Origin: Basidiobolus meristosporus CBS 931.73
Lineage: Eukaryota > Fungi > Basidiobolomycota
DNA length: 64,000 nucleotides
Assembly (NCBI GenBank): GCA_002104905.1
Contig: MCFE01000114.1
Coordinates: 101,976-165,975 of the forward strand
Reading direction: 5' to 3'
Position numbers and translations under genes: made by a program. Position 1 is the first letter of the stretch; every line of letters begins with the position of its first letter. The notes beneath the pieces are model-generated. The model did not search any database and was not told the DNA's origin. It saw only the letters and a program-made list of their open reading frames with translations. This document shows, piece by piece, positions 1 to 11,769 of the stretch.

Positions 1-560
1 ATCATTAATAATTCACTTCTTTGCAAGTTCCCTGCCAAAAGACTGTGATAATGCCAGCAGCTTGGAATTAATGACCTATTTCACAATATTATGAGAGGAT
101 TACAACGGTTTTTTGTTAATTTAACTTCCAAATAAAGTTAAAATCTTGACAGGGTTCTAGCAGATTTTTGGTAAGAGTTGCATGGCATTGTGAAAGTCTT
201 GATGCACTCTACATCTATTTGAGCAGATATCACCAGCCAGTACATCCAATTGCCTTTTATGGCTAGAAACTTAACAGTGTTTCATGGCCTCATTGCAAGC
301 ATCTATTTCCTTGATGACAGCAGTATGATGGCCTACAGCTAGTTCTGTATAATGCAAACTTACCAACATGCAAGTTGGTGTTTCCTTCTTCTACCTCCCC
401 CTGTGCCATGCATATTTCCACTTTAGAATCACCCCACTTTATTTGCTTACCAACTACTACTGTTGGTATTCTACTTATTGTTTAAATAAAAAAATACTAA
501 AGCTGCCTGCTTACTAACCCCTACATAAGTGCAAACTTGAACTGATTTTTATGATAGTTT
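1..560 (+). repeat. Degenerate copy of unclassified repeat family X (decayed ORF)
   Basis: Collinear similarity to 2480-3100 (+) and to 22790-23420 (reverse complement); stop-riddled frame containing VHPIAFYG*KLN. Confidence 0.55.
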
Positions 561-1440
561 TAACAGCTCCTTACAAGTATTTTGCCTACTCAAGTGCTCA
601 CTGGTTGTGTTTCCATAAGCTGATTGGGGCTCATAACTCATTTGATTGCATCACCATCACCCAATCTAATCTTATTTAATACTACAAGTCATAGTTTAAG
701 AGTTGTGGAGGAATAGGGAGTTTAGCTAGTATAGTATTCACTAAAACTTGAACTGCTTTTTACTGAGATTCCAGCAGATCCTTATACACATTTGGCCAGA
801 TCAATTGCTGTGTAGTTGTATTTCCTAATATAGATTGTGGCTGACGACTCATTTGATTGCATCATCATTGCCCAATAAGATCCTATTCAATATATCTATT
901 CCTGTCTGACAGGGATTTGCTGATTCATTTGCTGCCTAATGCTACTAATTTGATAGATAACACTGATATGCTGATAGGCTAAACATATAACTAATTGATT
1001 TGACTAAAAACTGATCTAACTTAAACAATCTAGCCTGATAAAGATCTACTGATATATATGATGATTTATCTGCTAACTAACACTATTGGTCTGATAGAAA
1101 CATTGATGTAATGATGAGTTAAGAACAGAACTACATGATTTGCCTAAAGTGATCAAACCAAAGCATTTAAGTGGCAGATCATAGCGCTTTCATCAGGAGG
1201 CGTAAATCTAGTTATTGCTGCTTATAAAGTTACAAGAATTGATATGATCATTGCAGAGGAATAGGGTGGTTTGCTTGTATGGTGTTAGCTAAAACCTGGG
1301 CAAGTTTTTATTGAGGTTCCAACAACTCTTTGAAAACATTCTGCCAGATCAGGCTCTGACCAGCTGTATTTACCGTATATGTTGTGGTTGGTGAATCAAT
1401 GAATTACATTGTCATCACCCAATTAGATCTTACCTAATGG
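535..1440. repeat. Three degenerate copies of a ~150-190 bp unit
   Basis: Blocks at ~535-680, ~705-895 and ~1253-1440 share motifs such as gaggaatagg, ccagatca and atttgattgcatca/cccaat. Confidence 0.4.
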
Positions 1441-1473
1441 CTTGAGCAGTCCCTAAAGTATCTTATACCAAGA

Positions 1474-1777
1474 TTGGCACATACCCAGAGGCAATTGAGC
1501 CTGAGACAATACCACCCACCCAGCAAATTCCACCCAATTGGTAATGTGAGCCATTTAATAAACAAATACAAATGTAACTACCCAGTTACCAAGATAAAGT
1601 GTCTGGCAGTTGTATATTTAATTCAACAGCTCCATATAAACATACATGGTCCCAATTCACAGTAGTAACAGACCACAGTGTACTGGTCTGGCTAAAGAAA
1701 ACTAAAGACATCACCAGCTGACTAGCAGATAGGGCCCCCTGACTACAGGAATACAACTTCAAAATAATTCAGTGCAC
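1474..1777 (+). pseudogene. Ty3/gypsy RNase H remnant
   Basis: KFHPIGNVSHLINKYKCNYPVTKIKCLAVVY, then (frameshifted) FTVVTDHSVLVWLK...S*LA...LQEYNFKII; matches the Ty3 RT-RNase H pattern HPIAY.SR.L...NY..TE.ECLAVV / TDH / LQEY.F.I. Confidence 0.75.
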
Positions 1778-2250
1778 TGTAGTGGGGTCACAGTGACACC
1801 AACTGGCAGATGTGCTCATTCCTATATTTTCTACTTCCCTATTTCTCTACTATCAATGTTTTAGTTTTATCCCATTTGTCTTACCTGAACAGTACTATCC
1901 CATAAGCCAGTTGACTATCACACCTGCTTACCTTATTGCATAAGTTATCCCCCACATTAAGTAAGATTACTAGCAGTAGGTGCTTCTATATTAGGCAAGT
2001 ACCCGCACCAGTACCCATGACACATGATCAGCCTGTGTCACCATCCCTACCACTTACATACCATATATGGTATCCCTATGTTACACAGGTTTCAAAGTAC
2101 TGATTCCTGATTAGTTGGATGTGCTGTGCCTCTTAGAACCTTCCTGCACATACTTTTGTTAAGATGCCAACCAAGTTGGGGATTGTTGCTCAATAGTTTC
2201 CCTTGACAAGCTTGTGGCTTTATTCCCTATTGCGTTAGATTAGAGACAGA
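1778..2250 (-). mobile_element. LTR fragment of family Y interrupting the Ty3 RNase H remnant
   Basis: Reverse complement of ~1960-2150 aligns with 56150-56320 of the 804-bp solo LTR (ggaaggttct..ggcacagcac..aatcaggaatcagta..ttgaaacctgtg..ataccatatatggtat); begins tgtagtgggg at 1778; right boundary approximate. Confidence 0.65.
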
Positions 2251-2399
2251 ATTCAAGTATTCCTAGCAAGCTTTTGCCAGATGTTATTGCACCCAGTGAA
2301 CACCCAACACACAAAACACTTGAGAAGTGTTGGATGTATCTCTCCTTTGGACTTATACACCACCATAGCACTGGCAAGAAACACCCAGATGCAGACTCC

Positions 2400-3330
2400 C
2401 TCAGGCACTATTCTGCTTGCCAAATATGCATGAGTAATGTTTACAAGAGCTTTATCTGCTTTAAAATGAGGGGGAAGTATCCCAAATACCCCCTACAAAA
2501 AATAATTTGGTGCTGCAGGTGGATCCAATCCAGATCACCCATTGTGATCCCATTAAGAGACCATCATAATACCAGCAGCTTGGAACTAGTGACCCTCCTA
2601 ACAATCTCAATACGGGATTACAAAGGCATTTTGTTAATTTTACTACCAAATAAAGTGATAAAACTTGACAAGATTTAAATTGGTGCTGTGACAATAATTG
2701 CATGGTATTGTTGCGTTCTTATTGTGCTCTACCACTATCCTAAATGGATCCAACTGGCCAGGACATCAAATTACCTTTTATAGCAAGAAACTTGATGGTA
2801 TTTCAACAGCCATATGACAAGACCTAAATGGCAATATATTGGCAGTATGGCAGCCTACAAATGGTTCTATATAATGATACAGTACCAATTTACCAAATGG
2901 TATTTCCTTTTTCTACCTCCCCTTGTGCAATTAATATATTCCACTGTAGAATCACCCCTCTTTATTTGTTCACCCACTACTAACTTGGGTATTCCACACA
3001 TAGCTTGAATAAAAAAAAGCTATGGCCTCCTGCTTACCAAATGCTACAAACACACACATCTGCCGCAATTAAAATACTTCTATCACCTCACTTTACAGCT
3101 TTTCAGTGTGATACTAGCAAAGCTGCCATATACCTTGTACTGCTAGTAACATAAACATCTTGCAAACATATGTGTGGTTGTTGACACTTCCACCGTGATT
3201 ACCTCCTGAATATCCGCAAAGAACTTCTTGGTATTTAGTCAATATATTCCTTCTCCCTGCTGGATTCTAGTCCCCCTTCAAGGTGTGCTCTGGCTCTTGT
3301 TTGTGTGAATTCAGTATTGAGTGGTGTAGA
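2400..3330 (+). repeat. Family X copy 2 (decayed unidentified ORF)
   Basis: GHQITFYSKKLDGISTAI*QDLNGNILAVWQPTNGSI**YSTNLPNGISFFYLP; homologous to 1-560 and to 17930-18081 + 22761-23420 (reverse complement). Confidence 0.6.
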
Positions 3331-3399
3331 AGTTGGCTTGTGACCAAGACAAATCTGGCATGCCTAGGTAGAGTTTTCCTAACAAAGATTAGTTGCTTG

Positions 3400-5300
3400 T
3401 TGCGTACAACCCAACTTTGTATTACTTAACTGATTACCCACACATTGGGGCTGCTTGGCTTCTTAATGCCATGAGCATAGGTGTCTCCATGTGCACATTT
3501 TTCCCCAGCATTTTGCAACTCTTCCTGGCTGTCCTCCATGAGCCAACTCAACACATCCATGACAGACTTGAAGGTAACATTCTTCAAGAGATTGGGATAT
3601 GGTTGTACCTGCAACTTGACTGTTCTTCCTATCTCCCCACACATCTGCTCCATAGGAAACTCCCAAAAGGAAAAGCAAGGCCCAAAATTTTCCACACACT
3701 GTGCAAGATGGAGTAGAGAATGGATACAGTAGTGGCAGAGATCTACACTTTCAGCTTTATGCTTGTAGTATAGTTATTCAAATCCTGTCACAAACTCCTT
3801 GCGCAACAGCTGTAGATGCATCAAGATGGCAATGGTGATGTGCTTCTGGATAAATATTCCTACAATGTGCACATATGACCCCTAATGCTTCCAATGTACA
3901 CTTGGTAGGAATGGCTTCAGAATGCCACTTGAATAAATACATATCCACTTCATCCAGTCTTTGCATATGTACTGTTGCATATGAGTATGAATATTGATTG
4001 GAGCCTGTGAGAAGTACATAGGGAAGAGGATACTCTGTTATATCTTGCCAATTCTCTCAAATTTCTACGGTTTCTTAGAGGGCTTTTTTAGCTTGAAATG
4101 CCCCATGTACAACTTGGTCATCAGTATAGGGATATTGTTAAAAAGCAAATGCATTGCTCCTGGTAGAAAGTTTTAGCTCCAAAATACACCCTCTATCTGA
4201 AGTATCTCCGGTTTCTAATTGATTCCATATTCTGGCTAATGGCCAATATCTCCCAACTTTGCTGCAATTGCATGCTGACTTTTGTACATTCTCTGTGTGG
4301 GAAGATGATGTTCTTTGTGCTGGTGTCTGGGTAATAATATCATGTGTGAGTTATGAAGTAAATCCCTTGGATCTCACACATCCAGCAGCAATACCATCTA
4401 TTGTGCTCAAAAAAACCTGTTATTTTACTGATGGCTGGGATATCTCCAATGCAGATAATGATATGCGCTTTTACATGACTGCTATTTAGTATTATCATGC
4501 TGGAAAGCATACAAAACTCATCTAGCAATAGATACGGGTAGCTATCCAGGTTAGACAGTAATTTAGGCCCAGATACCAGTGAGACTACCATCAGAATATT
4601 GCTCCAGTACTGCAAGATGGGCGGCAGACTCAGATCAATGAAAATCAGTGGCCAGCAGGATTTGCTGGTAAAGTACTTGTTTAATATGAATTGCTCAAGT
4701 GCTAAGGCAATGGCATGGTCATACATACCTTCAAAGCAGCACTTGCTTCTTAGCTGTTTGTAATGTTTGCCATCAAGTATATTGGATATGTTTGCACCAA
4801 GTGCAGTACTGTATAGCTTTGCAATATTTGTCGGACTGTATTAGATTCCTCAGACAGGGTGTTACTGGAATATATATGGAGTGTGAACAATGTTTTCCCT
4901 CAATGGTGGTGGATTCCTGACAATTTGCACATGTTGCAATGGTAGCATTTTTGGATGTGAATGCCATGCAACTATTAGCACATGCTGAAATCAGCAGAAT
5001 CTCTGGATCACATGTTGCCAGCCACATGATGGTTGTCCGCTTGCATAATGTACATAGTAAGTTGCATCCCGGAATGATTTTGGCAAGAAGTTGTAGTAAA
5101 TCCCCAAAGCCCCCATTACTAGTATTAGTGGAAATGTGCCACTCCTCTGCCACAAAGTTACATCATTCATCAGTAAATGGATTACTGGGCTCACTTGGCT
5201 CTATAAAGTATCCTTGGCATTTGTACTAACAAGTATTGTCTCTTGCATATTGAGATTTGACCAGGCTCATATGTGGTTCTGTTGTTAGGGGAGATAGGCT
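3400..5300 (-). pseudogene. CACTA/EnSpm (CMC) transposase, Transposase_21-type, frameshifted relic
   Basis: Fragments NSCMAFT...C..C...YIPVTPCL; SCWPLIFIDLSLPP...LVSGPKLLSNLDSY...LLDEF; AHIIICIGDIPAISKITG...HN...C.MC.I.G; WEFPMEQMCG...QPYPNLLKNV. All match the Tnp2-type transposase pattern. Confidence 0.85.
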
Positions 5301-5777
5301 TACAATCCATCAACAAGCCTTCTTTGTCAGAGCTATCACTCTGCATGCCATATTTGGAAGGCTGAGGTGAGCCTAAAGGCATCACAAGCTCACCTGACTC
5401 AGTATGTGCCAAGTGACAAAGACAGCCAGGTGCCAATATAGATGTATCAACTGGCCAGCAAGATAATGTTGGTACAGTAGTGACCAATGAATGGTCAAAT
5501 ATGACTTCTGTGGCAAAACACTAGCAATATTCCTTGTAAAACTTTCTATGCTGTCTGCATGCTTCATGGCTGAGAGGCTTGCAACAATAGCCACATGGTC
5601 TTTTTTCTCTTCAACAATGTCACAATACATTACAAAGATGCACCACCTGAAAAAGATTTATTCAGTGTCTGAAGATAGGGACAACTGCACCAACACCATT
5701 TTACCTACCCTTCCACCAAGTAAGGATCAGCTTTGTTGGCACCTTTATGAAAGCAAAGAAAGCAGGATGATACATAA

Positions 5778-6514
5778 TAGACTTGTTCTGTTGGAAAGTG
5801 CCACACTGAGCCATGAGTGCCAAATGATGCCATAGTGTGCCAGAGAGGCCAAGTGAACCTCTACCCGGCCACAGAGTGTGAAACATAGCTCCGCATCTTC
5901 ATGCAAAGCAGCCCCTGTGTTTCACCCATTGTGTTGGAGAAAATCCATTTTTTGACCTTTTTTTTTTGGATCAATGTTGTGCAGGATGTGTTAGAGCACA
6001 AGCAGATTGAAGATATGCATCTGGTACTCAATACCCATGGCACTGTGAATCTAGCTCCTGTAGCTTGTATCATGTTACAAAAATGAATGGCACTATCTTG
6101 GTCCACTGGTACTATCTGGCACCATAAGTGCTTTGTATAGATCTTACTTTAGGGCTAATATTTAAATATAGTGCCAGATAGTACCAGTGGACCAAGATAG
6201 TGCCATTCATTTTTGTAACATGATACAAGCTACAGGAGCTAGATTCAGAGTGCCATGGGTATTGAGTACCAGATGCATGTCTTCAACTCTCCTGTGCTCT
6301 TACACATCCTGAGCTACATTAATCCACAAAAAAAGGTCAAACAATGGATTTTCTCCTGCGCAATGGGTGAAACACAGGGGCTGCTTGACATGAAGATGCA
6401 GAGCTATGTTTCACACTCTGTGGCCAAGTATAGGCCCCCTTGACCTCTCTGGTACACTATGGCATCATTTGGTACTCATGGCTCAATGTGGCACTATCCA
6501 ATGGAACAAGTCTA
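5778..6514. repeat. Long inverted repeat: arms 5778-6126 and 6167-6514, 40-bp spacer
   Basis: Arms of ~349 bp are reverse complements (tagacttgttc...tatctggcaccata / tatagtgccagata...gaacaagtcta); multiple gtgcca/tggcac motifs inside each arm. Confidence 0.97.
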
Positions 6515-6539
6515 ATAATTGCTACCAATTTTTTCTCAA

Positions 6540-7306
6540 AGGGGGCAGAAGCCCAAGCCATCTTGAATAAATATCAGGAGACAACTGCCCAATGCATCTT
6601 AGAACACTCCATCTGTTGACACATATTTCCTCAGATACTCCTGTCTAACAATGGTGGTTCCTTCCTGAACAACACTGCAACCCACCTGTGCAAAGTGATG
6701 GGCATGAAACTGGTCTTCACAGCAGTGTATCACCTGCAGGCTAACAGATTATCTGAGAGGAGGAACAAGACATGTTGCAGTATACTAGAGAAGCTTCACT
6801 GGGAACTTCCCCAGTCATGGGCCAAGCTGCTCCCACTGACACCCTGGAATGTGTTCCATACCAAATAATACAGCAGGTCTCTCTCTTTATAAGATCCTAT
6901 ATGGACAAAGACCCAAGTGGTATGAAGAAGCTAGACTGAAAATGGAAGCTGTTGCCCTGACAAAACATAATGACTACATAGAAAGGTTGATAGACTATAT
7001 AGCCCACCAATACACAATGTGCTCAAAAATGCTGACAAACACCCTCCCCCTCCACCTAAAAATAAGAAACTAACAAGACATATGTGGAAACTAGACAAAA
7101 CAGTGTGGTATGACCAAACTGCTGAAGGCCTAAAGTTTTGCCCACAACTTGTACCCAGATGGACTGGCCCTTGCACCATTATTAGTTTGGACCATAGACC
7201 AAGGCACACCATCACCCTGGACAGTACAACAATCAGCAATATAGTGCCAGCCCATCTGAAACTGTTTCAAGATAATCCACCAATCATCACCAAGACTGAA
7301 GTGTAA
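6540..7306 (+). pseudogene. Ty3/gypsy integrase remnant
   Basis: AEAQAIL...PQILLSNNGGSF...VYHLQANRLSERRNKT...SWAKLLP...TAGLSLYKILYGQRP and LVPRWTGPCTI (GPY/F motif); stops and frameshifts. Confidence 0.85.
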
Positions 7307-7349
7307 TTAAACAATTATCAGGACAAGGTTAGAGGAAGACACTAGATAC

Positions 7350-7980
7350 ACACTGAATTAATAAGAGGGGATTTTAGTTGATATAGGTACAAGCAATATG
7401 CACATGGTAGTTTGCCCAAAAGGGAGATCAAAAGAATAGATATGGAAAGTGCTGAAGGAAACAGCCCACCCAAAGCTGGTGATACTCCTCCCACCAGCAA
7501 GAATCAAGACCATATCAGAAGTAAGACCAACCTGCATGCATTGAGAGATATGATATGAGCTTTTCATGTTTCAAGAACCACCTATGAAGAGATGTTTACC
7601 AGAGCAGTCATATTGTTACAAGACAAAACCAGAGAGGGACAAGATAAGTTACCTATGCCAATATGAAGTACAAAGATACAACCCAAGAAGACAGTACACC
7701 ACCTGAGAGGAGGTCCCTTGATCATTAAGGACAATGATGCTGCACTAACTCCTGTGTCCATACTGCATATAGTCCATCGTAAGATGCAAGGAATCAATTG
7801 TCATGTGCTCACAAGGCCTCAAGAACCCCCCTGTTTGGTTGTATACTTGCCATTTATAGGTACTGTGATTATTGAGGTATATGCAGACCTGGTACAAGCC
7901 ACAAGGGTACTGGAGGTAGAGCTCCTGTTTGCAGGACTCCTCAAAAAAGTCTGCTAACATCTCCAATTGCATCTCCAAAA
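7350..7980 (-). pseudogene. Second, highly decayed Ty3/gypsy integrase-like remnant
   Basis: TGGFLRPCEHMTIDSLHLTMDY...IIVLND resembles the GLL.PL...I.MDF...ILVVVD integrase N-terminus; weak. Confidence 0.4.
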
Positions 7981-8592
7981 AGAACCATTCTAGAGATGAT
8001 AAGCAAACAGATTAAATACACCAGCCAGTTGCCCTATGTTATCCACTGAGTTGCTGTGTTGCAACTGTTACAGTGGTTCACCATAAGACAGCTCAGGAGT
8101 CAGTACAAAGTCCAACTCCAAGAAACCAAAGAAACCGCTGCAAACTCTGTAGAAACCATAGAGCAGTGCAAAAACACCTTGATTGTGCCACAGTCTCTAT
8201 GGAAGAACTACAATACATCTCAGAAGAAGCAAAAGCTTGTTATTAATAACAGATACTGCTAACAAAGTGTACACCCTCTTCAAAAGAGCCCCCGCCATCA
8301 TGCTAAATAAGACAAGGACAAGCCCCAAAGATGTTTGCAAGATAAGAAAGCAAGACTTTATTGCATTACTGCATCTCTTTGTGTTCTCTAATCCCCTCCC
8401 CAAGGAGCTCACCCACAACCCTATGGTTTGCCATTTGGCTTTGTGGAATGCATCCCTTGTGCAATCAAAGCTGTGCCACCACTCTGCTGCCAAATTGTAT
8501 CAGGTACATGCCTCCAATATCTTTGCAAGTAACAACCAACAATGTTACTATGGTGACTCACTTTGCTCAATAAGCAATATCAACCCTGGAGA

Positions 8593-11140
8593 TGCTGTAA
8601 GAGTCTTGGAGATATAGGATGCAATTTTGGAGGACAAGTAGATTATGTGGTCTTCACTTAATGATTTATGAAATTGCTCCTTTACAGTAAAGAAAAGTGT
8701 ATCCTGTGGTGGATCTTCTGTCTTCTAAATTTTGTCCCAATCAGCATCAGAGTATCCCATAATATTTTTTTTGAATCCTTATAGGTGTACCTTACATAGA
8801 AATCAGCAGTTCCTTTTGGGTGTCTAAAAATCTACTTAACTGCTGACTTATGATCATCTCCATAGTTCTGATTAAGCTGGCCAACAACTCCCACTGAATA
8901 TGAGATATCTGGATATGTTCCAAGCATGATATACATCAGACTGCCTACCATAAATTGTTAAGGAAGGTCAGGCCTCTCAGATGGCACCAAGCTCTCTTGA
9001 TATGGTTGAGTTTTGACCAAGTTAAGGTTTGTTTTCATTGGGGTAGCTGCTTGCTTACAGTCTTCCATTTGGTACTTCTTCAGTATATCTTGAATATACT
9101 TGGATTGGCTTAGGGTAATAGTCTGGGTACTTTTGTCTATGGAGAGCTTAATCCCTAAGTGGTAACTAAGTTCTCCTAGATTGGACATCTTGGACTTTTT
9201 AGATAGGCTGGATTTAGTCTCTTCTAATGTTGCTAGGTGATTGGTGGCTATAATAAGATCATCCACATATAATGTTAGTAGAGCTGGACTTGCTCAATCT
9301 GGCTTAAAGTATATACTAAAGTCAGCATTGCTCCTCTTGAAACTCAAAGATTCAAAATAAGAATCTATCTTGCAATTCCAGGCTCTTGGTCAATGTTTGA
9401 GGCAATATAGAGGTTTTTTAAGCTTGCAGACCTAATGGGGATTATCTTGGTCAACAAAACCATCAGGCTTGTCTATATATAAGTCCTCATCAAGTTCTCT
9501 ATTCAAAAATGCAGTTTTTACATCAATGTGATAAATAAAAAAACCTATATTTGGCTGCAATAGCCAATGTCAATCTGATGCAACTAAACTTGGCTAATGG
9601 TGCAAAGGTCTCAGTATAGTCAAGTCCTTTTGTTTGAGAGTATTCTCTGGTGACAAGTCTTACTTTGTATTTTTCAAGTGTACTGTCAGCCTTATATGTT
9701 GTCTTAAAGACCCATCTGCATCCAATTGATATTTGGTTGATTGGTAATTGACTAAGTCCCAAGTTTGATTTTGCATCAGAGCCTGATATTCCTCAGTCAT
9801 TGCAGATCTCCAGAACCTTGTCTGAGTGCTATTTAGGGCCTCTTTTACAGTCTGGGGCTCATCAATATGGACTGAATAGGCATAGGCTAAGTTTGTACCC
9901 GCATTGATGTAGTAGTGTAGGCTATTTCTTGCCCAGTTGGATCTCCAGGCATTTGATACTGATATGATCACTTCTGGGATATTCCTGGGTGCTGATTCAG
10001 AATGAACCACGGTTGTAAAGTCCCCTGGAGCAAAAAATGTTTCATTGTTTTACTCTGATTCAGTTGTGACAATTAGTGGACCTGAGATCAAATTTTTATA
10101 TCATCTGATGCCATTCTTTGTGGAAGTTTTGAGTTTTCATCGAACAACACATCCTGGACCTGATTAGCTTCTTTGCTTTGGTATTGTATAGTCTGCATGT
10201 TTTACTCTTATTGCAGTAGCCCAAAAATATGCATTTAACACTTTTTGGCTCAAATTTTGACTTATTTCCAGGCAGTTTCTTAGCATATGCTATGCACCCA
10301 AATACTCTTAAATGTTCTGTACTTTGTCTGTATCCATAACATGCTTCAAATGGAGTAGAATTAAATATCATTCTGTTATAACTCTTATTTTTGAGATATA
10401 CAGCTGTGGAAACTGATTCCACCCAAAAACCATAGGATAATTTTGATCATAGATCATAAGTCTTGCCATGCCAATGATTGATTTGTTTGCACATTCTACT
10501 ACTCCATTTTGCTGAGGGGAGTATGGTACAGTGGTCTCTTGCTTTATCCCATGAATCTTGCAGTAGTGGATGAAGAGCTTTGAGGTATATTCTCTACCTT
10601 TATCAGAGCATATTTTCCTGAATTTTTTCACCAGTTTCACTCTCCACCATGGCTTTAAGCTCCATGAGCCTAGACAGAGCTTCTTTTTTTCTCTCCATGA
10701 AGTAGACCCACATTTAATTTGTATAATCATCAATAATAGTAATCAAATACTTCCTCCTGCCTAAGGATAGATTTTGCATAGGTCCCTAGTACTGAGTGAA
10801 TCAGATCTAATTTTTTCTTAGTTTTGATCAACCCAGAGCTCTTGAACAGTTGTCTGGCTTGCTTCCCATATATGCAAGCTTCACAGTGCTCCTAATTAGC
10901 AGGGGGAGCAATTTTTACTCCGGGAATTTGCTGATCTTTGATCATTTACACAAATAATCAAAACTGATATGCCCAAATCTTGTGAGCCAAAGCATTGGTG
11001 CTTCTTCATTTAGGTTACTTATATTGGCTTCCAGATATGATGGAATATAAGCCAACTTTTATAAATTCTGATCTCTGATACCCAAAGCTATATAGGCACC
11101 ATTTTGATCAGTGATCCTGTATCTAGAATTGTCAAAGCTG
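8593..11140 (-). mobile_element. Older Ty1/copia copy (copia-B), 3' part: integrase-RT-partial RNase H with truncated 3' LTR
   Basis: Broken ORFs with YSPQQNGVVE, IGCRWVFK, YVDD; LTR-end tgctgtaagagtcttggaga at 8593 joined by a deletion at ~8665 to RNase H sequence. Confidence 0.9.
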
Positions 11141-11420
11141 AAGCTTGTGAGTACTAAATGTAGTAACCACTCTTTGCCCAAGAGTTCTCCCCAGAGTCCT
11201 ACCCAAAGTCCCCCAGTATACTCCCTATGATTCTTCCACCATCCTCCCTCCTATTCCTGCCCTTATCTAGTTAGAACAATTACCATATCAGGAAGACGTT
11301 CACACCCCTATTTTATAACATGTTGTTTATTATCTAAGCCCCCTCCCAAGTGATATATATATCCAATTGAACCAAGCAAGGGAACAAAGAGATTTGGACA
11401 GAATAAACACAAATATTTAT

Positions 11421-11769
11421 TGTTGTAAGAGTCTTGGAGATATTGGAAGTGATGGGGAGAACAAGTAGATTATGCAGTTTTCACTTAATGATTTATTGAA
11501 TGTAAAAGTAGTATTTATACTTTTACCTGGTCTTGGCATTACAAACACGTAGAATAGGTTAAGGAAGGTCCCAAGAACATGTGTGCAAAGTTTGGGGCTG
11601 TTTGGACAACTTTGAGAATTTTCATGTCCTGGGTACCTGGTATTTTGGTGAAAATATTCTAAGTAAATTCTGACAAGGAATTTGGTTAGTATTCTCTAGA
11701 GTTTGAGGGTTGTGATTTAAGTGACTAAGTTAGGTGAATATTTAGGTGGAAATACAAATTTTTACAACA
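11421..11769 (-). repeat. 3' LTR of copia-1
   Basis: tgttgtaa...ttacaaca termini; about 94% similar by eye to 15753-16100. Confidence 0.95.

Noticed and set aside
225-280. Family X HPIAFY.RKL motif as Ty3 RNase H
   Set aside because: The flanking DAS and E.NY...ELLA motifs are absent and downstream conserved residues do not fit.
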